In this document: piece by piece, positions 19,622 through 29,818 of the stretch
How the letters are laid out: each line of letters starts with the position of its first letter
How positions within the stretch are numbered: the stretch's first letter is position 1
From: Candidatus Poribacteria bacterium
GTDB lineage: Bacteria; Poribacteria; WGA-4E; JAJDTR01
Length of the DNA: 64,000 bases
Assembly: GCA_965222225.1 (NCBI GenBank)
Contig: CBDCTK010000002.1
Span: forward strand, 3,104,001-3,168,000
Direction: 5' to 3'
The notes under the pieces: generated by a model
Database searches by the model: none
What the model was told of the DNA's origin: nothing
Seen by the model: only the letters and a program-made list of their open reading frames with translations
Position numbers and translations under genes: made by a program

Positions 19622-19889
19622 TGATTCCTCCGGTGTCGACTGGATTGTTCAGATTATCGCAACAGTTTTGCTCATCAATCTATGGCACTCAAATTGGTTG
19701 AGAAATTCATCGAATTGTCAAATCCAACCGTGCGATCTGTCCCTGATAAATCGGGCATCATAAACCCGCGCGCCGGACATGCAATGAAAAGGGCGGAAAT
19801 CGGCGATTTGATAATCGAAACTCTCCTCGACAAACCGAACTGGGTAAGTTCTAAACTTAATACCAAACTGCCTTATCCACAATATTGCG

Positions 19890-20888
19890 CAACGCGCGAC
19901 GGACGACTGGCGACACATCACGCAGTCGGATGACATTGGTCCGGTCGATATTGTCACGCCAAACAACGCCAATGCGGAGATTGCCATCGACGCGGCTCGG
20001 CACCGCAAGCATGTCTACTGCGAAAAGCCACTCGCCAACAACGCGGCTTCTGCGCGTCAAATGTATGAGGCAGCCCGTTCGGCCGGTTGCGTCCACGCGG
20101 TGTCGTTTGTGTACCGGCTGTGGCCTGACGTGGCGTTTGCGAAGCGGCTCATCCATGAGGGCAGAATCGGGAGGGTGCTTCAGTCTCAAGCCCGGTTTCT
20201 GCACGAGTTCCCCCTGGACCCGCGAACTCCGCTGACACGGAGGCTGGACGCGGAGAGGGCCGGCAGCGGCAGCATCGGCGACATCGGGTCTCATGTGATC
20301 GACGTAGCACGGTACCTAGTGGGCGAGATCGTGCGCGTCTGTGCTAGGATGCGGACATTTATCGATCAGCGTCTAGTTCCGTCTGGCTTGGGCGCCGCAC
20401 GGCAACGTGGTTTCGGGACGGAGGTCAGAGCAGAGTCATCCGAGTGTGGCGCAGTGCGGGTCGATGATGCGACCTTACTGATGGTCGAGTTCGAAGACGG
20501 CACGGTGAGTACTATTGAAACCAACTGGATGGCGGCGGGCCATAACAACGAACTGAGCTTTGAGATCAGCGGTGAGCACGGTGCGATTCGGTTCAATTGG
20601 GATCATTGCACTGACCTGCTCGTTCGGCTGGCGGACGACCCTTCCGAACTGGCCGGTTTCCGGACGATCCCGATTGGCCCGAAGCATCCGGAGGCAGCGC
20701 CCTATGGGTCCATACCGGGCTTCGGGATGCCGCAAAGGGATGCTTTTTGTATCACGGTGCACGAAGTCCTTGACGCGATTGCGAACAATCGGCCGGCGCG
20801 CCTAGATTTTTTCGATGAGCTGCGCGCGTGTGAGGTGATTAACGCGGCAAAATGCTCGTCGGAGTCGGGGTCGTGGCAAAGCGTCTAG
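19890..20888 (+). pseudogene. Gfo/Idh/MocA oxidoreductase lacking its N-terminus
   Basis: Frame upstream of ATG 20061 encodes 'ATDDWR..DIVTPN..KHVYCEKPLA' but has no start or GxG motif; 'GSIGDIGSHVID' lies downstream. Confidence 0.75.
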
Positions 20889-21161
20889 GTCAAGAGACCG
20901 ACGGCATTCGGAGCCGCAAACAATCGGATGAAGCCGACATGTTTCGCTAGTCTTTCCTTAGTCGTCGCTCGCCACCTTGGCACGCTATACTTTCTCGGGC
21001 GGATTCTGTGCCGTTGCCGCACGCGGAATTAAGAGCCCGTTTGAATAATTCAAATCGATCGCCGAGAGCTGCCATTTTATGAGCAAATGCCTTCAATATC
21101 GGACGATTTTGCCTCCAAGATGGTAGAAAATAACCCTTCCACTTACTTGTCAAACAGGATC

Positions 21162-21674
21162 TTAAGCGTCACTCCAGTCAAATTGATGTGCCTCTTGCGA
21201 CCCAGTGCTGAATTCGTTAAGCTCAAGCAGGTTGCCATCTGGATCATAGAAAAAGAGCACATGCCACTCACCTTCTCCGCTGAAATGAACGGGTGGGGAG
21301 ACAAACTCCACGCCCGCTGCGTTCAACCGTTCGTACGTGGCCTGAACATCCTCGACGCCGAAACAGATATGCGCGCTCGGCACATGGTTGAGGGGATATC
21401 GCTCCACAGGACTAGGGGGATTGAGCCACTGGATAAGATCGAAGGTGAAGCCCGGACCATCGTTTCGGGTGTGACCGTGGATACCTCCCGGCGCCCGCAG
21501 CCGGTATTCGCGCATGTGGACCTTGGGCATGGCAGTCATTTCAGAGATTGGACCGTCTATGTGCTCCTCGGGAGACACGACCTCCAATCCTAGCAGGTCA
21601 CGATAGAAATGCAATGATTTTTCTAAATCGCTCACCATAACGGCGACGTGATCAATTTTAATAGAGGTACTCAT
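21162..21674 (-). CDS. VOC/glyoxalase family protein
   Basis: 'IDHVAVMVSDLEKSLHFYRDLLG', 'HICFGVEDV' and 'FYDPDGNLLEL'. Confidence 0.93.
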   Translation of the reverse strand: MSTSIKIDHVAVMVSDLEKSLHFYRDLLGLEVVSPEEHIDGPISEMTAMPKVHMREYRLRAPGGIHGHTRNDGPGFTFDLIQWLNPPSPVERYPLNHVPSAHICFGVEDVQATYERLNAAGVEFVSPPVHFSGEGEWHVLFFYDPDGNLLELNEFSTGSQEAHQFDWSDA

Positions 21675-21706
21675 CGCGTAACTCCTTTCTCGACAGACTC
21701 ATTGTT

Positions 21707-21784
21707 ATACCATTTCTCTATATTGGCAGTGCATTAGTAGCGTTAATCAAATCTTATCAGTGCGGGGCAAGATGCCCCGCCTAC
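21707..21784. repeat. 65-bp upstream module (homologue of 7029-7093) ending in an intact REP hairpin
   Basis: TGCGGGGCAAGATGCCCCGCCTAC at 21761-21784; alignment to 7029-7093. Confidence 0.7.
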
Positions 21785-21994
21785 GGGCTTGGTGTGCGGG
21801 GTATGGTTGGTATCGATCTTTTCATAATAGTATAATTGGGGAACATTATATGCACTATTATTCAAGCGAAATGGTATTAGTATCTCTCGCTATCATCCAA
21901 CGTAGGAAAACCCCATTCACTTGTTTGCATGCCATGTTTCAGCCGCTGCATTCCAAGGGAACGCCAGTTCCAATAACCGCGTGCGTACAATCCC

Positions 21995-22978
21995 TCAATC
22001 CACGCGGTACAGCGGCTCTAATCCAGCGGCTATCCGATCCACATTCTCTGCCGCCGCCTGTGCCCGTTTCCGCGACGTACCATCGGTGTTACCGGAGACA
22101 TGAGGTGTTGCAATTACATTTGGCAAGCTGAAAATCCGCGATGTCAAATCTGGCGGCTCCTGGCTGAAAGCATCCAACCCGGCGCCACCAATCTGCCCTT
22201 CCGCCAACGCCTTTTCCAGCGCGGCTTCGTCCACCAATGCTCCGCGAGCGACATTGATCAAAAACGCTGTCGATTTCATTAAACCCAGGCGGCGTGCATT
22301 GATAGTGTGTCGTGTCTCGTCGTTGAGATGCAGATGCAACGACACGATATCCGACTCGGCGAGGACTTTATCCAACACCTCTGGTTTCCCAACAAACTCT
22401 AGGCCAAACTCGTGCACCTCATCTTCCCCGACATCGCGGATATCAATAGCGGAAATCCTGATGCCAAATGGCCTTGCTCGATGCGCCAACTCCATCCCGC
22501 TGGCGCCAAAACCGACAATGCCCAATTTTAATCCCTGAAGTTCCAGCCCTGTGGGCCTATACATCTCCCCCGCTTTAAGATTCGTCTGCGTCATAGGATA
22601 CTCTCGCGCAAGCATCAGAATGAACATCATCGAACATTCTGCCAGTGCCACAGCGCTGAAAGGTCCTGGACAATTCGCCACGGGAATCTTCTTGGACCGC
22701 CAGTAATCCATATCGAAATGGTCAAGCCCCGTGCCAAGAATCTGCCATAGACGAACCTTTCCTGCGGCTAAATCTGCCATTTCTCTAGTCCCCGCGGAAC
22801 CGCCGTGGTCAATCACCACATCAACCTCTTCAAACCACGGCGCGATGGGTTGGTCATAGTCCAAGATATGCAGATTGTGGCGGCTACCGATGGCAGCCAC
22901 TACATCCTCGCCCCAAGGTTTAAACATTAACGGGGTGAGGGGATGGGGTAAAAACAAAACAGTCAATTTTTCAGGCAT
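21995..22978 (-). CDS. D-isomer-specific 2-hydroxyacid dehydrogenase
   Basis: 'GIVGFGASG', 'LINVARGALVDE', 'GAGLDAF..EP' and 'ATPHVSG'. Confidence 0.93.
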   Translation of the reverse strand: MPEKLTVLFLPHPLTPLMFKPWGEDVVAAIGSRHNLHILDYDQPIAPWFEEVDVVIDHGGSAGTREMADLAAGKVRLWQILGTGLDHFDMDYWRSKKIPVANCPGPFSAVALAECSMMFILMLAREYPMTQTNLKAGEMYRPTGLELQGLKLGIVGFGASGMELAHRARPFGIRISAIDIRDVGEDEVHEFGLEFVGKPEVLDKVLAESDIVSLHLHLNDETRHTINARRLGLMKSTAFLINVARGALVDEAALEKALAEGQIGGAGLDAFSQEPPDLTSRIFSLPNVIATPHVSGNTDGTSRKRAQAAAENVDRIAAGLEPLYRVD

Positions 22979-23117
22979 TATTACCTCGTCGCTAATCTGC
23001 GATAAAGGCGGCTAAGGGATAACACTTTCCCCGCAACAACAACTCAGATTGCCGTATGCATAAGCTGACGGGTGCAGATAACACTTTTCCATTTAGGGAA
23101 ACCCCGCCTGATGCGAG

Positions 23118-23350
23118 TTATTCTCGGGGTTTCTCGTGTAGGAGGGGCATCGTAATCATCCATACATCACCCAAGACGTTTCTTGCCATATCGTAGAGCC
23201 TGAAGACATTGCGTGAGTGACTGCCATCGGGACTTAATCCTTTACAGGTATGGTTGGCATCGTCACGCGAAATATCATCTCCATGCAGATAGTGCTGGGC
23301 GGCCAGTTTTCTACGCGCAGCCTTTTCCAACTTCGCTTCGGTGCGGAATT
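23118..23350 (-). pseudogene. Decayed formylglycine-generating enzyme (SUMF1) domain fragment
   Basis: 'TEAKLEKAARR...DDAN...NVFRLYDMARNV' resembles the FGE motifs TEAEWEKAARG and NGYGLYDMAGNV. Confidence 0.65.
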
Positions 23351-23407
23351 GTTTCATTACCCATATCGACGTTAAACTCATTGGCACGCCATTTGTCGAT
23401 CGAGGCG

Positions 23408-24154
23408 CTACTTCGTGGTGTACCCGCCATCGACAACCATAACTGAGCCGGTTACATATGACGACTCATCACTCGCCAAGAACAGTGCGGCATACGCGAC
23501 TTCAATCGGTTCAGCAAAACGTTCCAATAGGTTCGCCTTTCGATACGGTGCAAGGTGTTCCTCGGGGATGTTTGCTGCCATGGGTGTGTTCATCGATCCG
23601 GGGCAGATTGCGTTGACCCGGACGTTCTCTTGGGCGTGATCGCATGCCATGCATCTAACAAGCCCGATGACACCGTGCTTGGAGGCATTGTAAGATGCTT
23701 GGTTCGGTTGGCCGACCAGCCCCGAGATTGAGGAGATACAGATAATACTCCCACTGCCTTGCCGGCACATCTGCGGTATGACAGCCTTGGAACAGAGAAA
23801 AGTTCCCTTGAGGTTTACCCCTAGAACATAGTCCCACTCCGCCTCAGTCGTGTCAGGCACGTTCTTTTCGACTTGGACGCCCGCATTGTTGACCAAGACA
23901 TTGACACCGCCATAAGCATCGACAGCGTCGCCAATCAAGAGGGTAGCGTCGTCCGGGTTCGAGACATCTCCCCGAACAAAAATCGCCTCGCCCCCTTGCT
24001 CGCGAACTTGACTGACCGTTTCTCGCCCCGCCATCTCATTGATGTCAAAAATGACTACCCTGGCACCTTCACGGCTAAACAGTAGCGCCATCTCCTGGCC
24101 CAGCCCCATACCTGATCCCGTAATGACGGCAATCTTGTCTTTCAGTCGTGCCAT
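23408..24154 (-). CDS. Short-chain dehydrogenase/reductase
   Basis: TGSGMGLG, NNAG, YNASK and 'VDGG'; AGGAGG RBS. Confidence 0.95.
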   Translation of the reverse strand: MARLKDKIAVITGSGMGLGQEMALLFSREGARVVIFDINEMAGRETVSQVREQGGEAIFVRGDVSNPDDATLLIGDAVDAYGGVNVLVNNAGVQVEKNVPDTTEAEWDYVLGVNLKGTFLCSKAVIPQMCRQGSGSIICISSISGLVGQPNQASYNASKHGVIGLVRCMACDHAQENVRVNAICPGSMNTPMAANIPEEHLAPYRKANLLERFAEPIEVAYAALFLASDESSYVTGSVMVVDGGYTTK

Positions 24155-24220
24155 TGGCAACTACCTCCTTAACGTAGCTGTGGCTTTGTTGAAATTTTCC
24201 TCGGCTGAGTTATTGTCCCG

Positions 24221-25015
24221 CTAACGTGGCGGGACTTCTTGGGCCACGTGATTTACCCCTTTGAAATTAAAACATCCCGGTGCGAACTCCCGCATACGAT
24301 GTATCCACGCTTCACGCTTGGGGTTCCCTCTGGAATTCGCTACCCAAGATGTGTAGTCGACCGCGTTGCCGATAAGCTGTTTCCGGCAGGCTTCTTCCGC
24401 TTCCGGTGTCTTGGGGTTATTGTAGTAGCAGAGGACGCACATGCGGCGGTCAATTGAACCACCCCAACTGGCATGCCAGCAGCGGAGGTCGAAAGCGACA
24501 ACATCGCCCGGCCTCGATTCACACACATAGGCTGGAACCTCGGGAATGCTTAACCCGCATCGGTCCAGATTCCGCCGAAGTTCGTTGTGGAGGGGCTGTC
24601 TATGCGACCCTGGAATCACCCGAAGCGCGCCGCCTTCTGCACCCATTGGCTGCAAATAGTAGGCGAATTTGACGCCGTAGTGATGCTGCACACTACCCGT
24701 GTCGGGATGCCAGCCCGTGTCCCCCACATATCGGTTAATATTGGAAATAGTAGCCAAGACGTCTTCGCCGTAGAGTTGCTCGGCTATTTCGCAGAATCGC
24801 GGGTCTTCCAGCAACGAGGAAAAGAAGGGGGTGCGCGGTCCCATCGTCAACAGGCGATGCCTACGCGTTCCATCAAATGGTGCATGACAAAACTCGGACT
24901 CCATTGCACCCTCGAATTCAGCGTTGATAGTCCGCAGTTCGTCCGGACCGAACAACTCCCGGAAGATCAGAAATCCGAAAGTTTGAAACTGAATGAGTTG
25001 TTGTTCCGTGAGCAT
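24221..25015 (-). CDS. PhyH-family Fe(II)/2-oxoglutarate dioxygenase
   Basis: 'FQTFGFL', WHPD, 'LRVIPGSH' and 'PGDVVAFD...WHAS'. Confidence 0.9.
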   Translation of the reverse strand: MLTEQQLIQFQTFGFLIFRELFGPDELRTINAEFEGAMESEFCHAPFDGTRRHRLLTMGPRTPFFSSLLEDPRFCEIAEQLYGEDVLATISNINRYVGDTGWHPDTGSVQHHYGVKFAYYLQPMGAEGGALRVIPGSHRQPLHNELRRNLDRCGLSIPEVPAYVCESRPGDVVAFDLRCWHASWGGSIDRRMCVLCYYNNPKTPEAEEACRKQLIGNAVDYTSWVANSRGNPKREAWIHRMREFAPGCFNFKGVNHVAQEVPPR

Positions 25016-25154
25016 GATGTTCCTCCTCTTTCACACAAGTTTTTTATTCGGCGAACAGCGGTTGACGGTTAGGGAATGCCTGCACTCCCTCCGCTAGCGA
25101 GTACAAACACGACACATCGTGTTTCTAATGCTGGCCTTTCAGGTTTGAAGGGGA

Positions 25155-25904
25155 TCAAAGGAGCCCAGGGGCCAGCTCTCGCATCTGATTTATCCAGCGT
25201 TGGCGTTTTGGATGAGCTTCGGAATTCGCAACCCAAGGTGTGTAGTCAATCTCATTAAGGACAAGCCGTTCCCGGGTAGCTTCTTTCGCTTCTGGCGTCT
25301 TGGGATTGTTGTAGTAAACCATGACACACATGCGACGGTCGTTCGAGCCTCCGCAACTGGCATGCCAGCAGCGGAGGTCGAAGGCAACTACATCGCCCGG
25401 CTCGGATTTGCACACGTAGGCCGGCACGTCGGGGATGCTCAACTCGGACTTGTCCAGATTCCGCCGCAGCTCATCGTGAAGAGGCTGCTTATGCGACCCT
25501 GGAATCACCCGAAGCGCGCCGCTTTCTGCACCAATCGGTTCCAGATAGTATGCGAATTTTACACCGTACTGATTCTGCACACTTCCCGTATCGGGATGCC
25601 AGCCCGTGTCCCCAACATAACGGTTGATATCAGAAGCAATTCCGAAGACGTCTTCGCCGTAGAGCTGCTCGGCTACTCCACAGAATCGCGAGTCTTCCAG
25701 CAACGAGGTGAAGAAGGGAGTCTGTGGTCCCATTGTCACCAGCCAATGCCGACGCGTTCCATCGAACGGGTCATCCTGAAACGCAGCTTCCATCGTTTCC
25801 ATGAACTCAACGTTGATGGTTTCGAGTTCGTCTGGACTAAACAAACTCCGTAAGGTCACGAATCCGAAGGTTTGAAAGTGAATGAATTGCTGTTCCGTGA
25901 GCAT
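25155..25904 (-). CDS. PhyH-family dioxygenase, tandem paralogue of 24221-25015
   Basis: Same motifs and long stretches identical to the neighbouring gene. Confidence 0.9.
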   Translation of the reverse strand: MLTEQQFIHFQTFGFVTLRSLFSPDELETINVEFMETMEAAFQDDPFDGTRRHWLVTMGPQTPFFTSLLEDSRFCGVAEQLYGEDVFGIASDINRYVGDTGWHPDTGSVQNQYGVKFAYYLEPIGAESGALRVIPGSHKQPLHDELRRNLDKSELSIPDVPAYVCKSEPGDVVAFDLRCWHASCGGSNDRRMCVMVYYNNPKTPEAKEATRERLVLNEIDYTPWVANSEAHPKRQRWINQMRELAPGLL

Positions 25905-26514
25905 GATGTTCCCCCTTATCCACAGAATTGCCCGAGCCTATTTACACCACAGAATCCCGGTAGGCATTGCAATTCTCTTTTCTAAAAATCTGGTCTTGAC
26001 AAGATCATAAGTACCAAGACATGATTAAATCAATATTTGGACTTCCGAAGTCTTGGCGTGCGCCTATAAAAATGATCGTGTCCATGTACCGCAAGTATTC
26101 CAATATGACGGCAGGAGACCAATACTGGATGAACGATTGGTTATATATTACTATACTGTGAAACGATTTATCAAGAGAAATTAGTTAATCGGCGGTTACA
26201 CTACCGGATCACAGTCCGGCTAGCGTTGCAATCAATTGTTCGCTGCATCATTGAATAGCAGGGCGATATGCGGCTTTGGAAAAGTCTTGAAAAGTGTTAC
26301 GGTAATATATCAAGCCTAAATTGATCTCGATTTCGAACTTGCCTCCGGTATATTGGATATGGGCCAATCTGTGCCCCAGGTCAATTCATACTAGCCCCGG
26401 GGGGCGAATTCAGTGATAGAAAGAGTTTAGGGCATATTGACCTTTCGTCCCTGCCCACTTTCTTCCGTGCTCCTTTATTAAGTTTTGAAAGGCAGAAATT
26501 ACTCATTACGCTTT

Positions 26515-27690
26515 CTAACCCCAACTAGCAATAAAGTCTTCGACATCGAAATTGGATGGCATCTCGTAAAAACAGTATTTCATCGGGCCCGACTGAAAGC
26601 CGGGAACATACTGCTCTGTATCTAATTGCAGTTTTGCATCCAGCGGTACAAATCGGGCCCAGAGTGCTTCGAGTTCTTCAGAAGAGAAGTATTGGGCAAT
26701 TTGCTTATATCTTTTCAGATCGCCTCCATAACTTGTTGGTTCAAATCGCATCTTGTATGCTAATTTGGATAACAGTATGACGCACACGATACGTCTGTTC
26801 TCACCGGGATGGAGCGCAGCGAGTCCGACGCGGAAAGCGTCAGCGTCCTTGTTGATGATTGCTTTGAACACTGATACAACGCAATGACACTCTTGGTGGA
26901 ACACCGTTTCAAACCGTTCAAACATCTTCCGTATCGAAAGTGAGAGGTGTTTGGTGAAGTCTAAATCCCAATAGAAATGCGGAACATGGGGATAAACCAA
27001 TCCACCAAAGGGGCGGTAGCCCAAGTGAATCGTTCGCCGTAACTTCGTATTATAGTTGCTGCCCCAGTGGAGGATGGTATTCGTATAGGCAACACCATCG
27101 CCCGCTTTCAATTCTACCGGGACACTATTCGGTAGTGGCAGCTTCGGATCTTCTAGCAGTTGACGATCTTCCGGTCCAGTATTGGGACGACGATGGCTAC
27201 CCGGAACCACCCAAAGCACATCATCATCGTAAAGCGGGATGTTCCACTGTATCAGTCCCGGAGCATTTTCTAGCAGGTCCATCTGCAAGCCGGTCAAGGG
27301 CGCCTGATCAATGGGATGTATATCACGGTGCCAGTTTGCCGGACCATGATCGCGCACGGGGCTACACATCAAGAACAGCGCCGTAACTGCTGCGTCGGAG
27401 GCACACATTAGTTGGCGGCTAACGCCCATTGTATTTTGGTGCAAGCAAAACTCGACAGTGTTGTCGGTGGTTTCATCAACGACGGTATCGAACCACAACC
27501 GTGGTTGAGCGGAGGTTTCCCATACGCCGCCCGGCGGGTCATCAGGATTGCGCTCACGCTCCCAAATTGCCTTCTGTCGTTCAACAAGCACTTCAAAGCT
27601 ATATCGCAGCGGGTTTAATTGTTCCGGCGGGACACACTCCCGTATAATCAGATAGCCATCGTCAATTAATTGTCCACGATTGACTTTCAT
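26515..27690 (-). CDS. PhyH-family dioxygenase with C-terminal extension
   Basis: 'DDGYLII', WHRD, 'VVPGSHRR' and 'LKAGDG...LHWG'. Confidence 0.87.
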   Translation of the reverse strand: MKVNRGQLIDDGYLIIRECVPPEQLNPLRYSFEVLVERQKAIWERERNPDDPPGGVWETSAQPRLWFDTVVDETTDNTVEFCLHQNTMGVSRQLMCASDAAVTALFLMCSPVRDHGPANWHRDIHPIDQAPLTGLQMDLLENAPGLIQWNIPLYDDDVLWVVPGSHRRPNTGPEDRQLLEDPKLPLPNSVPVELKAGDGVAYTNTILHWGSNYNTKLRRTIHLGYRPFGGLVYPHVPHFYWDLDFTKHLSLSIRKMFERFETVFHQECHCVVSVFKAIINKDADAFRVGLAALHPGENRRIVCVILLSKLAYKMRFEPTSYGGDLKRYKQIAQYFSSEELEALWARFVPLDAKLQLDTEQYVPGFQSGPMKYCFYEMPSNFDVEDFIASWG

Positions 27691-27978
27691 GGTTGGTTCC
27701 TTTCGTTAACCGTAATGTCGCTGTCCAGTTCTTCCCCATTCCACTAAATCTGTTTCGCGGACACTGACTTCCAGCTTGCTCCACCCGGTAAAGCTCCGGA
27801 GCAGGCCAGACTCAAAGGCCGTTCCAAACCAAGGTTCAGGGGTCGACAGGTAGAACGCAAAAGCACCTAATGAGGTGTGGATGCTTAAGAACCTGTTTGA
27901 ATAATCGGTGGCAAAGCCATTTTTGGTCATTTGTAGAAAGTTTTTTCATGTTTTCATTGTTGGCTGCTACATACCTGT

Positions 27979-28014
27979 GGGATCCCTATCGCACTCGTTA
28001 TCCACTCGCTTGAT
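27979..28014 (-). repeat. 36-nt structured dispersed element (copy G)
   Basis: Reverse complement is ATCAAGCGAGTGGATAACGAGTGCGATAGGGATCCC; removal restores TACCTGT^CGC as in the REP at 12151. Confidence 0.87.
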
Positions 28015-28046
28015 CGCTGCTGGCGCTTTCAAAGGCTGGTGCGCAG

Positions 28047-28082
28047 GGGATCTCTATCGCAGTCATTATTCATTCCTTTGAT
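28047..28082 (-). repeat. 36-nt structured dispersed element (copy H) in a REP loop
   Basis: Reverse complement is ATCAAAGGAATGAATAATGACTGCGATAGAGATCCC; flanked by GGCTGGTGCGCAG and CGCACCCTAC. Confidence 0.87.
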
Positions 28083-28209
28083 CGCACCCTACAAACTATG
28101 TCATCGTCCGCGGCGGTTAGAAACCAGCAATCTTTACGCTTCCATTGCCATATTGCCTCACATAATGTCACATAATGTCACAATTTTTTAATTTATCTTA
28201 TCGCGATAA

Positions 28210-29096
28210 GATCCTGTTTGAAAAAGAAGAAAGTTGTCTGAAGGGTTGATGATTACGTTTACTCATTGGAGCAGTTAATTCTGAACCAATGAAAGGAGTA
28301 AACATCAACCGCACGAGTTATCCCAGTGATTTGACCGATACACAGTGGGAGAAACTGTTACCATTTCTGCCAACACCTCAACCCTTAGGCAGACCTCTCA
28401 AGTGGGAGATGTGTTTAATCATCAACGCCATCTTTTATGTCGTCAAGTCCGGTTGTCAGTGGCGAATGCTACCCCATGATATGCCACCGTGGCAAACCGT
28501 CTACTACCGTTTCAGAAAGTGGAAAGCCGACGATACATGGCTCTTGATTCATCAGGCACTTCACGAACAAACACGTTGCGATGCTGGCAAAGAACCATCA
28601 CCGACAGCAGCTATCATCGACAGCCAATCCGTTAAGACGACGGAATTAGCGGCGACTAGAGGATTTGATGGTCACAAGAGAGTCAAAGGACGCAAACGAC
28701 ATCTAGTAACTGATACGATAGGTGTTCCATTGATAGTCAAAGTCACTGACGCCAATGTCAGTGACAATCAGATAGCTATTGAATTACTAACAGAAGTGTT
28801 TAGCTGGTACATAACAATTCAGTTGGTGTGTGCCGATGCTGCCTATCGCGGAGAATTGGAAGACTGGTTATATCTTGCTCATCAGTGTCAACTGGAGATT
28901 GCATCTACGCTAGGGCAGCAGGGATTTGAAGTTGTCCCGTTACGATGGATTGTTGAGCGCACATTTTCTTGGCTTGGTTGGTTTCGTCGATTGATTTTGG
29001 ATTATGAACGCTATCCTAAGACTGCTGAGACTATGGTGTACATCGCTTCCATTTACTTGATGCGAAACCGAATCAAATGACTTTTCAAACAGGCTC
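28210..29096 (+). mobile_element. IS5-family (IS1031-like) insertion sequence, 887 bp, TAA target duplication
   Basis: Inverted repeats GATCCTGTTTGAAAA / TTTTCAAACAGGCTC; TAA at 28207-28209 and 29097-29099. Confidence 0.92.
28289..29080 (+). CDS. IS5-family transposase
   Basis: 'YPSDLTDTQW', 'GCQWRMLPHD', 'IIDSQSVKT', 'GRKRH', 'ADAAY' and 'RWIVERTFSW'. Confidence 0.96.
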   Translation: MKGVNINRTSYPSDLTDTQWEKLLPFLPTPQPLGRPLKWEMCLIINAIFYVVKSGCQWRMLPHDMPPWQTVYYRFRKWKADDTWLLIHQALHEQTRCDAGKEPSPTAAIIDSQSVKTTELAATRGFDGHKRVKGRKRHLVTDTIGVPLIVKVTDANVSDNQIAIELLTEVFSWYITIQLVCADAAYRGELEDWLYLAHQCQLEIASTLGQQGFEVVPLRWIVERTFSWLGWFRRLILDYERYPKTAETMVYIASIYLMRNRIK

Positions 29097-29818
29097 TAAG
29101 ACGTACAAGGTAATAGAAAACAAAACTGTCCTACCACATCGGGCCCTGCACATTGACCTCGCCAAGCGAACTCTGGACTGACACCCGCGGGCTTGTACCC
29201 CGTGCAAAAACGAGAAAACCTAAATTGTGTATCGGCCCAATTTCTCTGAAGATGCACTTATTGCGCACAAGTGCCTGGATTCCCAAATCCATTGTGCTGA
29301 GATTTACCACTGCATCGCTAATGTTGGCGATGACAATTTGCGAGAATGCTTCTGCTAACGGCGGCTTGGGACGTTCAAACGCGACCTTGATTTCAAAGTA
29401 ACTTATAGACGTTTTCCCTTTATAGGGCTCGAATAACAGTTCTAATCGTGTTGAAGATGCATTCAGATTTGAGTGGAGCACGCCATCAATTCGTGTAGGC
29501 GCGGGGAAATGTCTCACAGATTTCACGTTTGACCGAGGACCGGGCTGATGATGCCCGATATAACCGCCCTGGAACTAATATATACTCGTATAAACTCGCA
29601 GACATACGATACTGATTGTTCGTTGTGTTCGCGCCGGTTCACTGCCAGAGCCGGTTGTGGTAGACGGATGCCGTCTCTTTCTTCCCGCCACTGGAATCTA
29701 TTGTAGATGGGCGTCTCGGCGCTCAACCCACGTTTTGTGCGTTGGATGAAAGGCATAATCTACATTGCGCCATTTTCCGGCGTGCCATCGTGAGCAACCA
29801 CGTAATAGTTCATCTACT

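Noticed and set aside
1406-28082. 36-nt repeats as a CRISPR array
   Set aside because: Copies are dispersed or nested, occur in both orientations, have no regular spacers and diverge in sequence; no cas genes are in the window.
29131-29756. Two short minus-strand ORFs next to the IS5
   Set aside because: No recognisable motifs; possibly decayed sequence, so no product can be supported.
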